From Candidatus Latescibacterota bacterium (GTDB lineage: Bacteria > Latescibacterota > UBA2968 > GCA-2709665), in NCBI GenBank assembly GCA_965203805.1, contig OZ241917.1:3744001-3808000 (forward strand): a stretch of DNA of 64,000 bases. The letters are read 5' to 3'. Every line of letters starts with the position of its first letter. Position 1 is the first letter of the stretch. Positions 59,124 through 64,000 of this stretch are shown one piece after another. The notes beneath the pieces are model-generated. The model was not told where the DNA came from and made no database searches. It worked only from the letters and a program-made list of their open reading frames with translations. The position numbers were made by a program, and so were the translations under genes.

Positions 59124-59408
59124 TAGTCACGTTCGATTTCCAAATTGTTCAGGCACCTGTTTTTTCCGTACAGATCTCCAACGGTCGGTTTGGCGTTGTT
59201 GTGGCCCTACTGATACTATACCAGAGAAACCAATCACTGCGCCGGCAACGCACAGGTGGTAACTGATTGAAACACACAAATCAAGTCCCTGGGCTGGTCG
59301 GCCCAGGCGCTTCGTTTTGCGCGCCAGGCAGGGCGCGAAGCGCTATCAGAAGGCGGAGTTGTTTGGAACCGCCAGGGGCGTCGCCTGTGGGCGCGAGTTA
59401 CCCGTGAT

Positions 59409-59870
59409 TTACCCGCGAACCTCCGCAATGACCGAGAGTTCCACGGATGCGCCCAGCGGCAATTCGTTCGCCCCGATGGCCAGCCGGGCGTGGCTGCCTT
59501 TGTCGCCCAGCACCTGTGCGAACAACTCCGACGCCCCGTTAATCACCTTCGGCTGGTCCGTGAATCCCTCCGCCGAACGGACAAATCCCTCCACGCGCAC
59601 CAGTTGAACGACGGCTTCGAGCGAACCGGCCGCGGCGTTCAATACACTCAACGCGTTCAACGCGCAGAGCTTCGCCGCTTCATAGCCTTCCTCGACGGAC
59701 ACGTCCGCCCCCACCCTGCCCGCAGACTTCAGTTCGCCCGCGGACATCGGAAGCTGGCCCGCCACGAAAATCAGATTACCCGATCGCTTCGCGGGCACGT
59801 ACCCGCCCGCGGGCGACGGCGGCTCCGGCAGCGCGAGTCCGAGTGCGGCGAGACGCTCCTCTACAGACAT
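59409..59870 (-). CDS. RidA/YjgF family protein
   Basis: YVP...VAGQLP, DQPKVINGAS, HARLAIG...LP...VE. Confidence 0.92.
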   Translation of the reverse strand: MSVEERLAALGLALPEPPSPAGGYVPAKRSGNLIFVAGQLPMSAGELKSAGRVGADVSVEEGYEAAKLCALNALSVLNAAAGSLEAVVQLVRVEGFVRSAEGFTDQPKVINGASELFAQVLGDKGSHARLAIGANELPLGASVELSVIAEVRG

Positions 59871-59921
59871 CGGTGCCTCCCATACGAAACGTCCTGATTA
59901 CAGTGAATCTCGATCGCGACT

Positions 59922-61658
59922 TCAGTATGCTTCCTGTCCTTTGCGCACGATTTCCTTCACGTACCCCGCCAGCGCTTCGATCGCGACGTCTTTTCTTTCC
60001 TGTTCGTTCCTCATCTTCACCTCCACTTCGCCTTTCGCCAGCCCCCTGGAACCCACCGTTATCCGGATCGGGATGCCGATCAGGTCTGCATCGTTGAACT
60101 TCACGCCTGCCCGCTCATCGCGGTCATCCAGAAGCACTTCGATCTCCTCGGCTTCCAGGTCGCAACGGATCTTCTCCGCCGCCTCCAACTCCCCCTTCGG
60201 GCGATTTCCCGAGAGGACAACGATATGCGCGTGGAACGGCGCGACAGAAATCGGCCAGACGATGCCCTGCCCGTCGTGGTGTTCCTCGATCACGCAGGCC
60301 AGCAGGCGCCCGACTCCGATCCCGTAGGAACCCATCACCAGCGGACGGGCTTTGCCGTTCTCGTCCAGGAAATTCGCGCCCAGTTTCTCGCTGTACCTCG
60401 TGCCCAGCTTGAAGATATTCCCCACCTCGACCCCACGCGCCGACCGGAGCCCGGCGCCGCAGGAGGCGCAGGGCATCCCCGCCTCCACCGCCACCAGATC
60501 GGCGACGATGTCCGCTTCGAAATCCCTGCCCGCGTTCACGTTCAGGCAATGATAGTCCACCTTGTTCGCCCCGGACACAAGGTTGGCGGATGCCGCTACC
60601 AGGTCATCCACGACAATCAGAGCATCCTCGGCGATGCCGATGGGAGATCCGTATCCGGGTTCCGCGCCGATCGCGCGAATTTCCTCCTCCGTCGCCGGCC
60701 GCATTTCGACGGCCCCCGCGGCATTGGCCAATTTGGTTTCGCTGAGTTCGTGGTCTCCCCGTACCAGCGCGAAGATAAACCGCTCTTCTCCCTGTATTGA
60801 ACCTGTCATAAACACCGCTTTGGCGGTGCGGCTCGCGGGAATGTCCAGGAACCTCGCAAGATCTTCAATGGTCGTGCATCCCGGCGTTGCGACTTCCTGG
60901 AGTTCCTTTGGCGCCTCCCCGACGGCCTCCTCCCTCTCACACACGGCAATCTGCCGGTTCGCACGGTACCCGCATCCGTGGCAAATGAGCAGCGTATCCT
61001 CACCCACCGGATTCAAGTACATGAATTCGTGCGCCCCGGTCCCGCCCATCATGCCGGTATCGCTCTCCACCGAAACCACCTGGCCCGCCAGGCCCACGCG
61101 CCGGAAGATATTCTCATAGGCCCTGTACATATCCTGATAGACCGAATCCAGGCCGGACTCGTCCAGGTCGAAACTGTACGCGTCCTTCATGGTAAACTCG
61201 CGGACGCGGATCAGACCTCCCCGGCTCCGCGGCTCGTCGCGGAATTTCGTCTGAATCTGGAACACGCACATGGGCAGCTGCCGGTAGCTCCGAATCTGAT
61301 GCCGCGCCAGGTCCGTGACCGCTTCTTCGTGGGTCATCGCCAGGCACATGTCCCGGTCGGATCGATCCTGCATTCGAAGCATTTCCGGACCCACCTCGTT
61401 CCATCGCCGGCTCTCCCGCCACAACTCGGCCGGCTGTACGATCGGCATCATCAGCTCGATACAATCGATCGCCGCCATTTCCTCCCGAAAAATCGCCTCG
61501 ATCTTCCGTGCGACCCGGAGTCCCAGCGGCAGCGCGCTGAAAATACCCGCTGCCAGCGGACGGATCAAACCCGCCCGCAACGCCAGCTGGTGGCTCACCA
61601 GTTCCGCGTCCGCCGGCGCTTCCCGAAGCGTCTGGGTAAACAACCTGCTGTACCGCAT
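59922..61658 (-). CDS. proS: proline--tRNA ligase (bacterial type with insertion editing domain)
   Basis: THEE, KFRDEPR.RGG.IRVREF, EVGNIFKLG, MGSYGIG, GVKFNDADLIG. Confidence 0.97.
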   Translation of the reverse strand: MRYSRLFTQTLREAPADAELVSHQLALRAGLIRPLAAGIFSALPLGLRVARKIEAIFREEMAAIDCIELMMPIVQPAELWRESRRWNEVGPEMLRMQDRSDRDMCLAMTHEEAVTDLARHQIRSYRQLPMCVFQIQTKFRDEPRSRGGLIRVREFTMKDAYSFDLDESGLDSVYQDMYRAYENIFRRVGLAGQVVSVESDTGMMGGTGAHEFMYLNPVGEDTLLICHGCGYRANRQIAVCEREEAVGEAPKELQEVATPGCTTIEDLARFLDIPASRTAKAVFMTGSIQGEERFIFALVRGDHELSETKLANAAGAVEMRPATEEEIRAIGAEPGYGSPIGIAEDALIVVDDLVAASANLVSGANKVDYHCLNVNAGRDFEADIVADLVAVEAGMPCASCGAGLRSARGVEVGNIFKLGTRYSEKLGANFLDENGKARPLVMGSYGIGVGRLLACVIEEHHDGQGIVWPISVAPFHAHIVVLSGNRPKGELEAAEKIRCDLEAEEIEVLLDDRDERAGVKFNDADLIGIPIRITVGSRGLAKGEVEVKMRNEQERKDVAIEALAGYVKEIVRKGQEAY

Positions 61659-61712
61659 CCGGACTCCCTTCAATGTCTATCGATCCCCACTGCCCGCCCC
61701 CGGTTGGCGTTT

Positions 61713-62462
61713 TTAGAAACTGAAGAGTTTCAGGGCGGTGCGGCCCATGATCCATTCAAGTTCATTTTCGGACAGGAACGTCCAGCGGCGGGGCATTCCC
61801 ACCGCCATCTCGCAGGTCTCGTGAAGACTCACGGGCGGGAAGTCGCTCCCCCACATGATCCGGTCCGCGCCGAACCGTTCCAGCGCGCGTTCGATGAACG
61901 GCGTTGCCTCGTCGTAGGGGTATCCCTTTCCGAATCCATAGAATCCTGACACCATGAATATCGTATTATCGTAATTCGCGTACCCCATCAGACGCTCATA
62001 TTCCGGCTCGTCCGGGGTCTTCTCCACGTCCGGAAACCATCCCATATGTTCAATGCGAAACACCGCGCGCGAGTGACGCCGAATCCGTTGCTCCATCGCG
62101 GGGCGAAGCATGCCTGCCATGCCTCCGCTCAGACTGGCCATGATGCCGAGTTCTCCGGCGGTATCCCAGACCGCCTCATTGTCGACGGAAGCCGGAATTC
62201 GCAGTCCCGCGAGTCCGAACTCCGCCACTTCCCGCCGGATTCGCTCGCCGGCGTCCGCCGCTTCGTAGTCCACGGCGCCCAGAGAAGCGAAGCGTCCCGG
62301 ATAACGGACCATACAGTCCTTCAAATAGGCGTTATCGTGACACCCGCCGTACTGCACGAGCAGCGCCTTGTCGATGCCGGCCGAATCCATCTGGGCCAGC
62401 AGCACTTCAACGGCTACGTACTTTGTCAGCCCCACGTGCACATGTCCGTCGACAATGGTCAT
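61713..62462 (-). CDS. amidohydrolase family (amidohydro_2) protein
   Basis: DGHVH, IEHMG, WGSDFP. ATG 62462 follows AAGGAGG. Confidence 0.88.
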   Translation of the reverse strand: MTIVDGHVHVGLTKYVAVEVLLAQMDSAGIDKALLVQYGGCHDNAYLKDCMVRYPGRFASLGAVDYEAADAGERIRREVAEFGLAGLRIPASVDNEAVWDTAGELGIMASLSGGMAGMLRPAMEQRIRRHSRAVFRIEHMGWFPDVEKTPDEPEYERLMGYANYDNTIFMVSGFYGFGKGYPYDEATPFIERALERFGADRIMWGSDFPPVSLHETCEMAVGMPRRWTFLSENELEWIMGRTALKLFSF

Positions 62463-62526
62463 TCCATCCCTCCTTGCCGGGCGATGCGGGACCCGAACCG
62501 TCCGGCGTTTTTTCGACGGCGGGTGT

Positions 62527-63351
62527 TCAGTCAATCTCAACGACCAGCCCGTCCTCCGCCACGAGCACCTCGCCGCCGTATCCGCCCCTGATCTCGTCCG
62601 CCATCTGATACGGGGCCGTCCGGTCTCCCGTAATGTCTTCGATCACCAGGTGTTTGATGATGACGCGCTTCACTTCGGATTCCCGTGCAATATCCGCAAT
62701 ATCAGCGGGCGTGATGTGCCAGGCGCCCCACGGCTGTGTCGCCAGGAACTCCGGCGTGCCTGAACACTCGATGGCCAGGACGTCCGCGCCTCGGCAAAAG
62801 TCCGGGAAGTCCTCATCTGGCGTTCCGTCTCCCGTAATGACCACGCGACGGTCGCCCGCGTCCACCCGATAGGCCAGCGTCGGGATATTCCCGTGATCGG
62901 TGAATGTCGCGGAAACCCGGTAATCGTCCAGTTCCAGGAAGGGATGGTTTCCGTCCACTTCGATCACCTCCGGATCCAGCGGGCGGATGTCCTTTCCGTG
63001 GCTCAGCCGGCTGTTGATATCCTGTTCAAAGGGCGGCCGGATGACTCGCTCCACGAAATCCCGGGTGCCCGCAGGACCGTAAATTCCCAATCGACGATTC
63101 CGTTCCTTCACCCATCCCACGAAAACCAGATAGGGCACATCGACAATATGATCGAAATGCAGGTGGGTCAAAAACAGCCGGTCCACCTCCTCGCATCCCA
63201 CGCCCGCGCGCGCCAGGTTCGTGCCGGCGCTCCGGCCGCAGTCGAACATCAACACTTCGTTGCCGACCCGAAGCATCTGCGCCGGACCGCCCCTGACCGG
63301 GTTATCCCGAACGGCGCCGCTGCCCAGCATGACAAACGTCATTCCAGCCAT
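62527..63351 (-). CDS. MBL-fold hydrolase (RNase Z/AtsA-like)
   Basis: LGSG, FDCG, THLHFDH, TGD, WHIT, KHL. True start is ATG 63351. Confidence 0.88.
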   Translation of the reverse strand: MAGMTFVMLGSGAVRDNPVRGGPAQMLRVGNEVLMFDCGRSAGTNLARAGVGCEEVDRLFLTHLHFDHIVDVPYLVFVGWVKERNRRLGIYGPAGTRDFVERVIRPPFEQDINSRLSHGKDIRPLDPEVIEVDGNHPFLELDDYRVSATFTDHGNIPTLAYRVDAGDRRVVITGDGTPDEDFPDFCRGADVLAIECSGTPEFLATQPWGAWHITPADIADIARESEVKRVIIKHLVIEDITGDRTAPYQMADEIRGGYGGEVLVAEDGLVVEID

Positions 63352-63362
63352 GTGTCTCGCTT

Positions 63363-63430
63363 CCTGAAGAAAACTTGAACTTACATGGATGGACGGGATG
63401 AACAGGATAAAAGACCAAAAAGCGCGACAA
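63363..63430. repeat. MITE/REP-like end shared with 22185-22429
   Basis: GAACTTACATGGATGGACGGGATGAACAGGA is nearly identical to the reverse complement of 22378-22408. Confidence 0.7.
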
Positions 63431-63451
63431 AAGAACGAGAAGACGAGAAAG

Positions 63452-63633
63452 GCACGAGAAGACGAGAAGACGAAAAAGCACGAGAAGACGAGAAGACGAA
63501 AAAGCACGAGAAGACGAGAAGACGAAAAAGCACGAGAAGACGAGAAGACGAAAAAGCACGAGAAGACGAGAAGACGAGAAAGCACGAGAAGACGAGAAAA
63601 CGAGAAAGCACGAGAAGACGAGAAAACGAGAAA
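63452..63633 (+). repeat. 26-bp tandem repeat, 7 copies (GCACGAGAAGACGAGAAGACGAAAAA)
   Basis: Units start at 63452, 63478, 63504, 63530, 63556, 63582 and 63608 and are built from ACGAGAAG sub-repeats. No spacers. Confidence 0.92.
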
Positions 63634-63715
63634 CGGCAGTATGTTCGCCTGGTACGTCGGAAGCAACGCCCCCGCGAATGGAACGCAAACTGCCTGTTTG
63701 CGGTACGGAAACCGG

Positions 63716-64000
63716 TTACTTCGACGTGCGGGTTTCATGTTGATATGCTTCCAGCGTCTTCTCCGCAATCGACGCCCATGACAACGCTTTCGCCCGCTGA
63801 AACGCGCCTTCCGATATGGCCGGCTGGTCGCGCTCCCGGATCTCTTCCATCGCCAGCTCGAGCCCATCCCCGGCCCGGGCGTCGTATATGATCCCGGAGG
63901 TGTCGTCCAACAGTTCCGGAAGACAGCCGATGCCCGGTGCGATGACCGGCCGCGCGAAAGACAATGCCGTGATCGCCGAGCCGGAAGTCAGCATATCCAC
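63716..64000 (-). CDS. GT-B (GT4-like) glycosyltransferase, C-terminal part
   Basis: TSGS...ALSFARPVIAP.IG.LPE...SW.SIA...LEAY. Confidence 0.75.
   Translation of the reverse strand: MDMLTSGSAITALSFARPVIAPGIGCLPELLDDTSGIIYDARAGDGLELAMEEIRERDQPAISEGAFQRAKALSWASIAEKTLEAYQHETRTSK

Noticed and set aside
63452-63633. possible CRISPR array
   Set aside because: Contiguous tandem units with no unique spacers, and no cas genes.
63352-63867. long low-complexity N-terminal extension of the MBL ORF and the R/E/K-rich ORFs on the + strand
   Set aside because: These are open frames produced by the stop-free tandem repeat. The real start is ATG 63351.

Overview
The window has GC-rich host chromosome at both ends. 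The left end carries fmt (partial), yajC, tgt, a polysaccharide deacetylase, a site-2 protease, a PorV-like barrel and an oxidoreductase. The right end carries a putative glycan/sulfate-catabolic operon, ridA, proS and hydrolases. The gene set suggests an FCB-group organism such as Latescibacterota (inference). Between them lies a visibly more AT-rich island of about 38 kb (~7.5-46 kb) holding an unusual thioesterase-less NRPS cluster. In order, it encodes a small conserved hypothetical protein, an MbtH fusion, a heterodimeric ABC exporter, a radical SAM enzyme, a LeuA-like synthase, a PaaK-like ligase, a free ACP, a nitrilase-family enzyme, an Asp/Glu racemase-like protein, a BtrH-like/T/C NRPS, a stand-alone SyrP-like beta-hydroxylase, an I-A(Asn)-T-C-A-T NRPS, DUF2332, a DUF5916 barrel, a beta-sandwich protein and a second, stand-alone BtrH-like papain-fold transacylase. 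A 1249-bp T-C didomain is duplicated almost identically between the two NRPS genes. The island's intergenic spaces hold IS1380, IS630 and IS256 elements, IS5/IS21/IS1380 remnants, MITEs and a truncated class C group II intron. A 19-bp palindrome has inserted into the IS1380 transposase and frameshifted it. No rRNA, tRNA or CRISPR array was seen. All family assignments come from motif recognition by eye, not from database searches.
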